From a virus, in the IMG/VR virus record IMGVR_UViG_3300025006_000006, positions 1-42,857 of that record: a DNA stretch of 42,857 bases. One strand, written 5' to 3'. The notes beneath the pieces are model-generated. The model did not search any database and had not been told where the DNA came from. It saw only the letters and a list, made by a program, of their open reading frames with translations. Numbering within the stretch: position 1 is the stretch's first letter; every line of letters starts with the position of its first letter. The translations under genes were made by a program, and so were the position numbers. This document shows positions 19,060 through 26,830 of this stretch, piece by piece.

Positions 19060-19889
19060 TCGTCGTCCCTCGCAGGTGGCGGCAGCTTTCGCTGCGCGCG
19101 GTTGAAGATCGCCCCCAGCAGCGACTGCAGGCCACCGGCGGCTTCGTCGTCGTCTTTCAGTTTTTCGCGGGCGCGCGGCGTGGCCATTAGCTCGGCGAGG
19201 TTGATGCCCAGCGATTCGTTGAGCTTGATCAAGTGCGCCAGGATCGGGTTGGGCTTCATGTCGGCGACCATCGGTTTTCCGTCCTGGTCGCGCACCACGT
19301 CACCATCCCGGGTGATCATGGGAATCTCGATCAGCAGGCCGTGCTCGGCGATCTCCTCGCGGATCTGCCGCAGCAGCTGGAAGTTGCCAGCCATTTCGGT
19401 GGCGAGCAGGCCGTGCATGCCGTCCATATCGCCATCGGTGAAGGCGGACATCAGCGAATCCAGCGCGTGCACGTAGACGGTTTTGTCCAGGCAGCTGCCG
19501 CCGGCGCGGGTGAGGCCATCCAGCACCAGGCTGCACGGCGCCTCGGTGCGGTCGGGGTTGTCGGGGTGGAACGGGCACGTGGTGACGCACGGCTTGCCGA
19601 ACATCTTGGCGATGCTGGTGGCGCCGCTGGCGAACTGCGCGCGGTTGATGGCGCTGTAGCGGCCATGCTTCCACGCGTTGCGGCTGCTTGCCGCCTTGCC
19701 CTCGTCGGTGATCGGGCCGGTGGCGGCGGCGGCAGCGGCTGGCAGGTTGTCGCGGCGCTGTTGCACGGCTTCCTCGCTCATGGTGTAGCCCGATTTCGGC
19801 GCCGAAGCGCCCGCTGGCGACGCCTTGCGCCGCTGCTCCAGCGCGGCCGGCGACAGCGTGTACGGGCGTTTTGTCGGTTTGTCCGTCAT
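19056..19889 (-). CDS. Hypothetical protein, possible small terminase subunit by position, 277 aa
   Basis: It lies upstream of the large terminase. I recognised no diagnostic motif. Confidence 0.4.
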   Translation of the reverse strand: MTDKPTKRPYTLSPAALEQRRKASPAGASAPKSGYTMSEEAVQQRRDNLPAAAAAATGPITDEGKAASSRNAWKHGRYSAINRAQFASGATSIAKMFGKPCVTTCPFHPDNPDRTEAPCSLVLDGLTRAGGSCLDKTVYVHALDSLMSAFTDGDMDGMHGLLATEMAGNFQLLRQIREEIAEHGLLIEIPMITRDGDVVRDQDGKPMVADMKPNPILAHLIKLNESLGINLAELMATPRAREKLKDDDEAAGGLQSLLGAIFNRAQRKLPPPARDDE

Positions 19890-20275
19890 CCGCGCTGTTT
19901 CTCACGGGTGGCCGGTGCAGTTCCATGCGCGCATGTGCCGCGGTGGCGGGCGGCGATGCGCTGCACCTGGGTGTGGCTCATGCACATGCGCCGCGCGATT
20001 TCGCGCTGGCTCACGTCCTGGTCGAGCAGCGTGGTGATCATGTTTTCCAGCGTGGGGCCACCCAGCGCGTTGAAGAACGTGCGCCGCGATGGCACCCACA
20101 CCGCGCCGTTGCCGAATTCGTCCAGCACCACCATCAGCGCCTCCAGCCCGGCACGCTGGGCGATCAGCAGCCACAGCTCCTGCGTGGTCGATGGGTGATG
20201 CACGGCGGCCGCGTCGAGCAACTGGCGTTCGAACGCGGTCGGGGCCTCACCCGGTCGGGAGAACACTGGATCCAT
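19886..20275 (-). CDS. HTH DNA-binding protein (possible terminase small-subunit-like DNA recognition component), 129 aa
   Basis: It has a C-terminal HTH-like segment, DVSQREIARRMCMSHTQVQRIAARH. Confidence 0.5.
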   Translation of the reverse strand: MDPVFSRPGEAPTAFERQLLDAAAVHHPSTTQELWLLIAQRAGLEALMVVLDEFGNGAVWVPSRRTFFNALGGPTLENMITTLLDQDVSQREIARRMCMSHTQVQRIAARHRGTCAHGTAPATREKQRG

Positions 20276-21419
20276 GGCGCTTCCTCTCGAGGTCTTGGGC
20301 CCACAGGGGCAGGTCGTCGGGCACCGTGCCCAGCGCGGCGTGCTGGCGGTGCGCTTTCAGCGTGTAGCGGTTCATGCGGTTGCTCACCGCGAGGTAACGG
20401 CGCGTGGTTTCGATGGACTCGTGGCCCATCAGCACGCGGATGCGCTCGATGTCGGTGCCGTCGTCGTAGAGCATCGTGGCGAAGGTGACGCGGAAGCGGT
20501 GCACGCCCCAGCTGCCCAGCCCGGCGCGGCGCGCGGTGCGCTTCACCACGTCCTCGATCGCCTTCACCGTGACCGGGCCGCCCTTGATGCACAGCCCGGG
20601 CCGGCCGCCGCGCGACAGGTTCACGAAAACGCTGTCGGTGCACAGATCCGGCACACGGCTGCGCGCTTCCAGCCAGCGCAGCAGCTCGCGCACCACCGGC
20701 CCCTCGATCGGCACCGTGCGCTCCTTGCTGCCCTTGCCGAACACGTGCACTTGGCCCTTGCGATCGCTCGCCAGGTCCAGCTGGTGGACGCGCAGCTCGG
20801 TGATCTCCTCGCGCCGTAGACCGGCCGCGAGCAGCAGTAGCAGCATGGCCCGGTCGCGCTGCACGATCAGCTCGGATGTGCCCTGCTTCACTGCCGCGAA
20901 CAGCGCGCGGAGCTGCGCCACGCTGTACTTTTTCGCCTGGGTGATCACCCGCTTCGGCGCCTTGTAGCCGCGCGTCACGTCCACGCCATCGCCGCGGGTG
21001 GCCAGGTAGCTGTACAGGCTCCGCACGGCCATCAGCGCGGACCGCCGTGCCGAGGCCGACAGCCGGCGCTTGACGTACAGCCATTTCTGCCAGTCGTCGA
21101 GCTCGCGCACCGTGATTTCGCGGAAATCGTGGCCAGCTTCCTCGGCCCAGCCCATGAATCGCGCCACGGCTTCGACGTAATCCGCCACCGTGGTCGCGCC
21201 GCGGAACCCGCGCACCACCACCAGGCACTGCACCCACAGCCAGCACGTCGCCAGCCAGCGCGAATCGCGCCACGGGCGCGCCTCCACCGCCCGCATCGCC
21301 GACGCCAGCGGCCCACCCTGCCCCAGCAACGTCGCTCGCAGCTGCGCCTCCTGCGGCGGTAGCACCAACCCGGCCGGAATCGGCGGCACTTCAACCACAG
21401 CGCACCCCCTCGCGGCCAA
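20247..21419 (-). CDS. Tyrosine recombinase 1 (XerC/D / phage integrase family), up to 390 aa
   Basis: Motifs seen: AGLRREEITELR (Arg I), GKGSKERTVP, HRFRVTFAT (H-x-x-R) and GHESIETTRRYL (catalytic Tyr). The track start at 21419 is TTG. The first ATG is at 21296. Confidence 0.85.
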   Translation of the reverse strand: MAARGCAVVEVPPIPAGLVLPPQEAQLRATLLGQGGPLASAMRAVEARPWRDSRWLATCWLWVQCLVVVRGFRGATTVADYVEAVARFMGWAEEAGHDFREITVRELDDWQKWLYVKRRLSASARRSALMAVRSLYSYLATRGDGVDVTRGYKAPKRVITQAKKYSVAQLRALFAAVKQGTSELIVQRDRAMLLLLLAAGLRREEITELRVHQLDLASDRKGQVHVFGKGSKERTVPIEGPVVRELLRWLEARSRVPDLCTDSVFVNLSRGGRPGLCIKGGPVTVKAIEDVVKRTARRAGLGSWGVHRFRVTFATMLYDDGTDIERIRVLMGHESIETTRRYLAVSNRMNRYTLKAHRQHAALGTVPDDLPLWAQDLERKRHGSSVLPTG

Positions 21420-21461
21420 AAACCAAAAACGCTCCCCATTTTTCGAGGCCCCACCAGGTTA

Positions 21462-21516
21462 GGGGTCGGGCGGCATGCCCCCCTGCTTTTGAGGGGGGGT
21501 GTCCTGCACCGACCCC
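21462..21516. repeat. Nested inverted repeats
   Basis: The outer pair is GGGGTCGG (21462-21469) / CCGACCCC (21509-21516). The inner pair is CCCCCCT (21478-21484) / AGGGGGG (21492-21498). Confidence 0.8.
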
Positions 21517-21580
21517 AGCCGACACCCCGTAGGCCGCGCCAGCACTGGGTTTCAGGCATTCGGCATCCGGGTTCTTTGTG

Positions 21581-21600
21581 GTCTCACCGTAGCGTGAGAC
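21581..21600. repeat. Hairpin GTCTCAC-cgtagc-GTGAGAC
   Basis: A perfect 7-bp stem with a 6-nt loop, read directly. Confidence 0.8.
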
Positions 21601-21701
21601 TGGAAACGAGCGCGAAGCGGGATGGATGGCGTCAGCTCGCCGTTCCGGCGGTGGATAACTCAGGCTGGGACTAGCGGAGAGAACAACGGTTAGGCGAATG
21701 C

Positions 21702-22316
21702 TCATGGGGAAATCCCGAGGGAAACAGCGATCTGGCGCCGTATCTCGGCCACAGCCTCAGGCTCGTGCCCAGGCGGAATCGGGCGATGGACGCGCGATGG
21801 CAGTGCCTGCCTGATCGGCTCAGCGAGGGTTTCACCTCGCGCCAGGCGATCGAGGGCAGTGCGGTACGCCACGTCGAACGCCGTGCGCACCGCTCGCTCG
21901 TCGAGCGTGCGCAGGTTCCACGTGCCAACCGATCGCGCTGCGGCGCCGATGGCTGGATGCGTGAACTCGTGGTCGGTGTTGCGCGACCAGGCCAATGCCT
22001 CGCGCAAAGCCTGCTGCAGATCCGGCGCCGATGGCCGGCACAGCGCAATGAACTCCTCGTCGCTCGGTGGCCAACCCGTGCCCACCTTCGACAACGCCGC
22101 CAGCCCCAGCTTGGTCGCCTCGGCTGAAACGCCAGCAGCGCGCAGCGAGGCAAACCACACACCGCGGGCATGCGGATCCTCGAACCTGTCTCGCCAGCGC
22201 TGGCCGTACTTGCGCTGGAAGATCGCGAACACCTGCGCCACAGCCATGCGCAGCGCCTGGTCCTCAGCGAGTGCCGGCGAATTCGCGGCTGAGCTGATCA
22301 CCTCGCTCATAGCCAC
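21702..22316 (-). CDS. Replication protein, lambda P-like (helicase loader family), 204 aa
   Basis: It aligns by eye with lambda P. VAQVFAIFQRKYG...WPPSDEEFIALCR matches INGVFSQLLATF...LPSPGQFVAWCR. RLARGETLAEPIRQALP matches RINRGEAIPEPVKQLP. Confidence 0.7.
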   Translation of the reverse strand: MAMSEVISSAANSPALAEDQALRMAVAQVFAIFQRKYGQRWRDRFEDPHARGVWFASLRAAGVSAEATKLGLAALSKVGTGWPPSDEEFIALCRPSAPDLQQALREALAWSRNTDHEFTHPAIGAAARSVGTWNLRTLDERAVRTAFDVAYRTALDRLARGETLAEPIRQALPSRVHRPIPPGHEPEAVAEIRRQIAVSLGISP

Positions 22317-23127
22317 CTCCGGTGTTGGTGTTGGTTTCAGCCGTTGCCGGCACGCCGGCGATCACGTCGTCGACGAAGCACGCGAGGAACCCCAGGTTCA
22401 CCGGGTGCTGACTGCGCTGCTGTTCGCGTTTCCGCTTGGCCCGGCGCATGGCCTCGGCCAGGTTGGCATCGGTGAGCCCGTGGGCCAGCCACTCGGTCAG
22501 CTTGCCGCGGTTCATCGTGCGGATGCCGATGTGCGCCGGGATGCCCTGATCGGCTACCCACGCCCAAAAACCACCGGCATCAATGATCGCGCCCGCCTGC
22601 TCGCGCACGGTGCGCGTAGTAGGTGACTTTAGACTTGGGTTACCAGAATCTGCAGAAGCATCGGAGAAATCGCAGTTGCTCTGCTCTTTCTCCTCTGTGG
22701 GAGTTACTCCGTTACGTACGGCGTTAGTCACGGGAGTAACGCCGTTATTATCAGGTCGAGCAGCAGCGGCGAGTGCCCGCTTCAGCTTCTCACGATGCCG
22801 CCTCTGCCTGGCCGCGTTGGTGGCGTCCAGCTTGACCGGCTGCTTTTCCAACCAGTCGCTTATCTCGCCGTCGACAATCAACCCGCGATCGCGGATGGCG
22901 TCGACCACGGCCGTGATCTGCTCCAGGCGCCAGCCCGTGAAGTCGGCCAACGCGTGAGCATCGAACGAGGTCACCATGCCCCTTGGCGAGGCCTTCGAAG
23001 CACACTCCTTGAGATACCCCCACACCACGAAGACGTGGCCGGGCGTAACACCGTTACCGGCAGCGCGCGCCACGCCAAGCCAGCGCGGATCGCAGACCTC
23101 GCCGTGATATTGACGGAACCAATCCAT
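22264..23127 (-). CDS. Replication initiator, lambda O-like by position and internal iterons, 287 aa
   Basis: It lies immediately upstream of the P-like gene. It contains repeated DNA units that encode NGVTP three times. It overlaps the P-like gene by about 50 nt. Confidence 0.6.
   Translation of the reverse strand: MDWFRQYHGEVCDPRWLGVARAAGNGVTPGHVFVVWGYLKECASKASPRGMVTSFDAHALADFTGWRLEQITAVVDAIRDRGLIVDGEISDWLEKQPVKLDATNAARQRRHREKLKRALAAAARPDNNGVTPVTNAVRNGVTPTEEKEQSNCDFSDASADSGNPSLKSPTTRTVREQAGAIIDAGGFWAWVADQGIPAHIGIRTMNRGKLTEWLAHGLTDANLAEAMRRAKRKREQQRSQHPVNLGFLACFVDDVIAGVPATAETNTNTGGGYERGDQLSREFAGTR
22699..22748. repeat. Iteron cluster (putative ori) inside the O-like gene
   Basis: The units are GGGAGTTACTCCGTTAC (22699-22715) and GGGAGTAACGCCGTTAT (22732-22748). 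An inverted core ACGGCGTTA lies at 22718-22726. The cluster is followed by the short A/T stretch ttattatc. Confidence 0.6.
23041..23057. repeat. Third iteron-like unit GGGCGTAACACCGTTAC
   Basis: It matches the 22732 unit at 14 of 17 positions. A fourth core, CACGCCGTTAC, lies at 23387-23397. Confidence 0.5.
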
Positions 23128-23379
23128 CAGCGCGTACCCGCCGCTGAAAGCGCTGGGTCATGCGCGGCGCATCCCGACGTGGCAGGATGGCAATGCGAGG
23201 CGGCAAGCCCCGCAAGGCGCTGTGCAGAAAAGACTTCCCACATGAGGCTCGTCCTGAGCCGGTGCGCGAACTGATCCTGTCAAACTGTATATTATGTAAA
23301 GTCGCGCCAGATTCGGCGGGTTTTACATCGGAATCAGACGCTTACCGGCTTTCGATGGGTCCACTTTTGGACCCGATGT
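23128..23379. promoter_or_regulatory. Most AT-rich intergenic region; divergent control region and possible att site next to recombinase 2
   Basis: It contains tcaaactgtatattatgtaaag. An inverted repeat ATGTAAA (23294-23300) / TTTACAT (23322-23328) is present. A hairpin GGGTCCA-cttt-TGGACCC lies at 23357-23374. Confidence 0.5.
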
Positions 23380-24453
23380 GTGATACCACGCCGTTACAGT
23401 CAAATGCATCTGCCTGCTGGCAAGGGCGAGCTGCTGCATGTGGATTCGCAGGATGCGCTGGCGCGGTTTGCGCGCATCCTGTCGGGTAGTCGGGCGCCCA
23501 CCACGGTTCGGCTGTACGTGGGCGTGGTGCGTCGGTGGCTGGCTTACGGTGGAGCGGCAGACCGGCTCGATGCCGCCCTGCTGCAACGGTGGTTGAGCGA
23601 TCGTCGCCGGCAGCACGCGGCGCCGGCGACGATCAACGTGGATATCAAGGCGCTGCGCGCGTTCTACGACACCATGGCGCTGATCGGTGCCGCTCCGCAA
23701 GCAGAATCGAATAATTGTCCAAAAGGGCGGCGCGTGCCGGTGCGCCTGGTGCGCTGTTTCAGCGACGAACAGGTGCTGGCGATGCTGGCGGCTCCCGATG
23801 TGTCCACGTTCGCCGGCTACCGCGACAGCGTGATGATGCGCACGCTGTGGGAAACCGGCCTGCGCGCCAGCGAGCTGATCGGGCTGGGCCTGGGCGACGT
23901 GCTGCCCGATGCGGTGTACGTGGCGTCCGGCAAGGGCGGGCGCAGCCGATGGGCGCCGATCAGCGCGGAGCTGCACGCCCTGCTGGTCGGCTACATGGCG
24001 CTGCGCGCCACCACGCGCCCCGGCAAGCGCGCCGCGCTCTGGGTGACGGATGCCGGCCGCGCCCTGCGCAGCCGGCGCAGCGTGTGGGCCATCGTGAGCC
24101 GCTGGGCGCGCGCCACGCTGGGCAGTGCCGTGGGTTATGACCGGGTGCGCCGGGCGGCGCGCCAGCGGCCGTGGAGCGGGCAGTATCCGCACCTGCTGCG
24201 CGCCAGCATGGCTACCACCCTGCTCCGCCACGGCTGTCCCCTGCCCGCCATCATGCAGATGCTCGGCCACACCAGCCTCGATAGCACCGCGCGCTATTTG
24301 GCCGCGGACATCAGCCATTTGCGTGCAGCGATCGACAAGCATCCGCGCAACCATCGGTCAGCCCGCCCTGTCGAGTCGACCACGCCGGCGGGCGCGGCGG
24401 GATCCAGCGATCCACAGGGGGGAATCGGGCAAGCCGCGGAGCCCGACCAGTAG
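23380..24453 (+). CDS. Tyrosine recombinase 2 (XerD/integrase family), 357 aa (GTG at 23380; first ATG at 23404)
   Basis: Motifs seen: TGLRASELIGL (Arg I), GKGGRSRWAP, HLLRASMAT (H-x-x-R) and GHTSLDSTARYL (Tyr). It is the only plus-strand gene inside the minus-strand early operon. Confidence 0.85.
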   Translation: MIPRRYSQMHLPAGKGELLHVDSQDALARFARILSGSRAPTTVRLYVGVVRRWLAYGGAADRLDAALLQRWLSDRRRQHAAPATINVDIKALRAFYDTMALIGAAPQAESNNCPKGRRVPVRLVRCFSDEQVLAMLAAPDVSTFAGYRDSVMMRTLWETGLRASELIGLGLGDVLPDAVYVASGKGGRSRWAPISAELHALLVGYMALRATTRPGKRAALWVTDAGRALRSRRSVWAIVSRWARATLGSAVGYDRVRRAARQRPWSGQYPHLLRASMATTLLRHGCPLPAIMQMLGHTSLDSTARYLAADISHLRAAIDKHPRNHRSARPVESTTPAGAAGSSDPQGGIGQAAEPDQ

Positions 24454-24681
24454 CTGGTGGAACTGGTCCCGGCCCAGCCGCAGGCATGTATCCACGCCCA
24501 CCGCCGCCAGGCGCAGCCGGTATTGCTCCTCGGTGAGGCCTTTGCGCGAGCGCGCCAGCACGTGGATCATGCGCACCCGGTCCCGCGTCATCTGCCAGCG
24601 CTTGCGCGCGAACAGGTCCAGGCCGCAGCACCAGCGGTGTGCGGTCGGCTGCTGGCAGCGGGGGCAGGTGCGCCGGGTCAT
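24358..24681 (-). CDS. GemA / Mu gp16-like protein with an N-terminal Cys-rich segment, 107 aa
   Basis: RVRMIHVLARSRKGLTEEQYRLRLAAVGVDTCLRL resembles the GemA/DUF1018 pattern. It overlaps convergently with the recombinase 2 3' end by about 96 nt. Confidence 0.4.
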   Translation of the reverse strand: MTRRTCPRCQQPTAHRWCCGLDLFARKRWQMTRDRVRMIHVLARSRKGLTEEQYRLRLAAVGVDTCLRLGRDQFHQLLVGLRGLPDSPLWIAGSRRARRRGRLDRAG

Positions 24682-24935
24682 TCGTCATCACCAAAGGCAG
24701 CGAACGGGTCCATTTCCGTTTCCGGGTCGTGGCTGGTGTGTTCGTAGCCCTTGGCGAGCTGGAACCAGTCAGCGTCGATCCAGCCGCCAAGGTCGGGCAG
24801 CACCTTGAACATCACGCCCGATTGGCAGTGAGCGTCCACGCGCCGCGCCGTGATCACGTGCAGGCTTTCGCGGCCGTGGTCGTAGGTGGTGCTCACGTGG
24901 GCGCCGGGCTCGAGCTGGCGGCTGGCGTGGGTCAT
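24678..24935 (-). CDS. Hypothetical protein, 85 aa (MTHASRQLEP...)
   Basis: The ATG at 24935 overlaps the methyltransferase stop (ATGA). The longer track ORF is rejected. Confidence 0.5.
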   Translation of the reverse strand: MTHASRQLEPGAHVSTTYDHGRESLHVITARRVDAHCQSGVMFKVLPDLGGWIDADWFQLAKGYEHTSHDPETEMDPFAAFGDDE

Positions 24936-26830
24936 GCAGCCCTCGCGTAGAACTCGATCAGGTCGGCCAGGTCGTTGGCTACCTCGGCCGCCGCCATGTC
25001 CGGGCAGACGCTGTTGCCGATCAGGCGCACCTGGTCGGTCTTGGTGACCTGGCGCCACTCGTATTCGCCGCTGCCTGGTGCGGTTTCGAACAGGCCTCGG
25101 TCGATGATGTAGCTGTCGGGGAAGCCCTGCGCCCGGGCGAGCTCGCGCGGCACCAGCATGCGCAGCGTGATGTCGGCCAGCACGTAGCCGCCCAGCAGCA
25201 CCATGCCGGCGGGATCGGGGAAGTGCTCCGGCAGGTACTCGTGCAGGAAGTCGGCCACCGCCTTGGCGCGTTCGCGCAGCTCCGGCGCCAGCGTGTCGGC
25301 CGGCACCTGCACGCACTGGATCAGGCCCATGCGGTCCTTCGTCGGCACCGTGTGCATCGGCTCGTCGCAGCCCTGCCACTGGCCGCCCTCGCCGTAATAC
25401 TTGACCAGGTAGGCCGACACCAGCCGCTGGTTGGCTCCGCTGGCGCAGATGGTCGACACCGGATCGCGCAGGTCGCGGCCGTCGCCGTCGTAGAAACCGC
25501 CGTTGGCTTGCTCAAGGAAGGAAGAAATCACGCCGTACCGCGTCGCGCCGGCGAGGGCGGTTTGCATGGGTTCGCGCAGATCACTGCCTTTGGCGTTCTG
25601 GCCGAATGCCGTGATGTGCGCCGCGACCAGCGCATGCTTCACGCCACCAGCCACCACCGTGCCCAACGGCTTGCCGATGTCCAGCGCGCGCGGTTCTTGC
25701 CCTTCGCGCTCGCCGTAGCCGGTTTGCACCAGCGTCGGCGCCACCAGCGAGAAATGCCCGCCCTTGATCTGCGCCACCTGCGTGCGCAGCGGCTCGTCGG
25801 CCGGGAACACGCGCTGGCTGCTGCTGTTCGCGTGCTCGGTCAGGTAGGGTGTGACCAGCGCGTGGTGCGTTCCGCCGCCAGTCACCGTGCTCAGTGGCTG
25901 GCCGAGGCCGTGCGTCGACGTGTGTCCGCCGCTTGTGCCGCGCAGCGGCACGATGAACGGCTGCGGGCAGTTCAGCACGTAGCGCCACATGCCTTTCGCG
26001 ATGCGCTTGAGCGTATTGGTCGCCAGCGGCTTCTTGCGGCCGAAGATGGAGCGCGACGGCAAGGTGAAGTCGATGCACTCGGCGGCGGTGCGGTAGGGTT
26101 TCAGCTTGCCGGACGCCACGGCTTTGCTGTCCTGCGCCGCATGCGTGTCAGGGCTCCAGGTGATCGGTCGGCCGTCGCGGCGGAACTTGATCACCAACCG
26201 TTTGCGGATGGTCTTGGCGCCCTTGTCGCACGCCCGGATTTCGCGCCAGTCGGCGGTGTAGCCCAGGCCGCGCACCAGCGCCGCGCGCGGCACCGCATCG
26301 CCCAGGAACTCCACGATCTCGTCCATGGCGGGGTGGTCATCGGCCAGGCCTTTGGTCATCACGTCGATGAACGCCCGGAACGTCTCGCCCTTGCGCTCAA
26401 CGATCGCGCTGCCGCTGTCGTCCAGCGGGCACCAATGGATGAACTCCTCCACGTTCTCCATCTCGATCACGCGCGGCGTGGCGAAGTAGCCCCAGCGCAC
26501 CACCACCCACGCCAGCCCGCGGATGCGCTTGCTGCGCGGCGCCTTGCCCTTGGCCTTGCTGTGGTGCCGGCAGTCCGGCGATGCCCACAGCAGGCCAACC
26601 GGCCGGCCGCGCGTGGCCGCCAGCGGGTCGACCTCGAATACGTCCGCCTGGTAGTGCTCGGTGTGCGGGTGGTTGGCGCGGTGCACGGCGATGGCGATGG
26701 CGTTGTGGTTCACTGCCACGTCGGGCTCGCGGTAGGCGCGGGCGATGCCGGTGGATGCGCCGCCGCCGCCGGCGAACAGGTCCACCACCAGTTCCTGGTC
26801 GAAGTTGAGGAAGGCGGTCCCGTCAGCCAT
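24932..26830 (-). CDS. DNA (cytosine-5) methyltransferase, 632 aa, with an unusually long variable region
   Basis: Motif I is DLFAGGGG and motif IV is SPDCRHHS. ENV is present in EMENVEEF. Motif VIII-like is KTIRKRLVI. The C-terminus has AQGFPDSY and LIGNSVCP. The ATG is at 26830. Confidence 0.9.
   Translation of the reverse strand: MADGTAFLNFDQELVVDLFAGGGGASTGIARAYREPDVAVNHNAIAIAVHRANHPHTEHYQADVFEVDPLAATRGRPVGLLWASPDCRHHSKAKGKAPRSKRIRGLAWVVVRWGYFATPRVIEMENVEEFIHWCPLDDSGSAIVERKGETFRAFIDVMTKGLADDHPAMDEIVEFLGDAVPRAALVRGLGYTADWREIRACDKGAKTIRKRLVIKFRRDGRPITWSPDTHAAQDSKAVASGKLKPYRTAAECIDFTLPSRSIFGRKKPLATNTLKRIAKGMWRYVLNCPQPFIVPLRGTSGGHTSTHGLGQPLSTVTGGGTHHALVTPYLTEHANSSSQRVFPADEPLRTQVAQIKGGHFSLVAPTLVQTGYGEREGQEPRALDIGKPLGTVVAGGVKHALVAAHITAFGQNAKGSDLREPMQTALAGATRYGVISSFLEQANGGFYDGDGRDLRDPVSTICASGANQRLVSAYLVKYYGEGGQWQGCDEPMHTVPTKDRMGLIQCVQVPADTLAPELRERAKAVADFLHEYLPEHFPDPAGMVLLGGYVLADITLRMLVPRELARAQGFPDSYIIDRGLFETAPGSGEYEWRQVTKTDQVRLIGNSVCPDMAAAEVANDLADLIEFYARAA

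Larger units (their letters stand above)
21420..21701. other. 282-bp non-coding, lower-GC structured spacer between the P-like gene and recombinase 1 (candidate attP / cos / late regulatory region)
   Basis: The only ORF here (21391-21705, minus strand) has many A/T third positions, unlike real genes of this genome. The region contains nested and simple hairpins. Confidence 0.6.

Noticed and set aside
20164-21273. A 369-aa ORF in an alternative minus-strand frame over recombinase 1.
   Set aside because: It is on the same strand but out of frame. The product is Arg/Gly/Ala-rich with no motifs. The 20247-21419 frame has the recombinase signature.
21433-21698. A 7-bp inverted repeat, TCCCCAT (21433-21439) / ATGGGGA (21692-21698), flanking the spacer. 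It could mark a fim-like invertible promoter acted on by recombinase 1.
   Set aside because: Seven base pairs is too short to distinguish from chance. No longer flanking identity is visible. It would need read evidence of inversion.
21391-21705. A 104-aa minus-strand ORF spanning the spacer between the P-like gene and recombinase 1.
   Set aside because: Its third codon positions are frequently A/T, unlike all convincing genes here. It runs through the hairpins. I treat it as non-coding.
23323-24354. A 343-aa minus-strand ORF antisense to tyrosine recombinase 2.
   Set aside because: The plus-strand frame carries the full recombinase motif set. The antisense product is low-complexity Ala/Arg/Gly/His.
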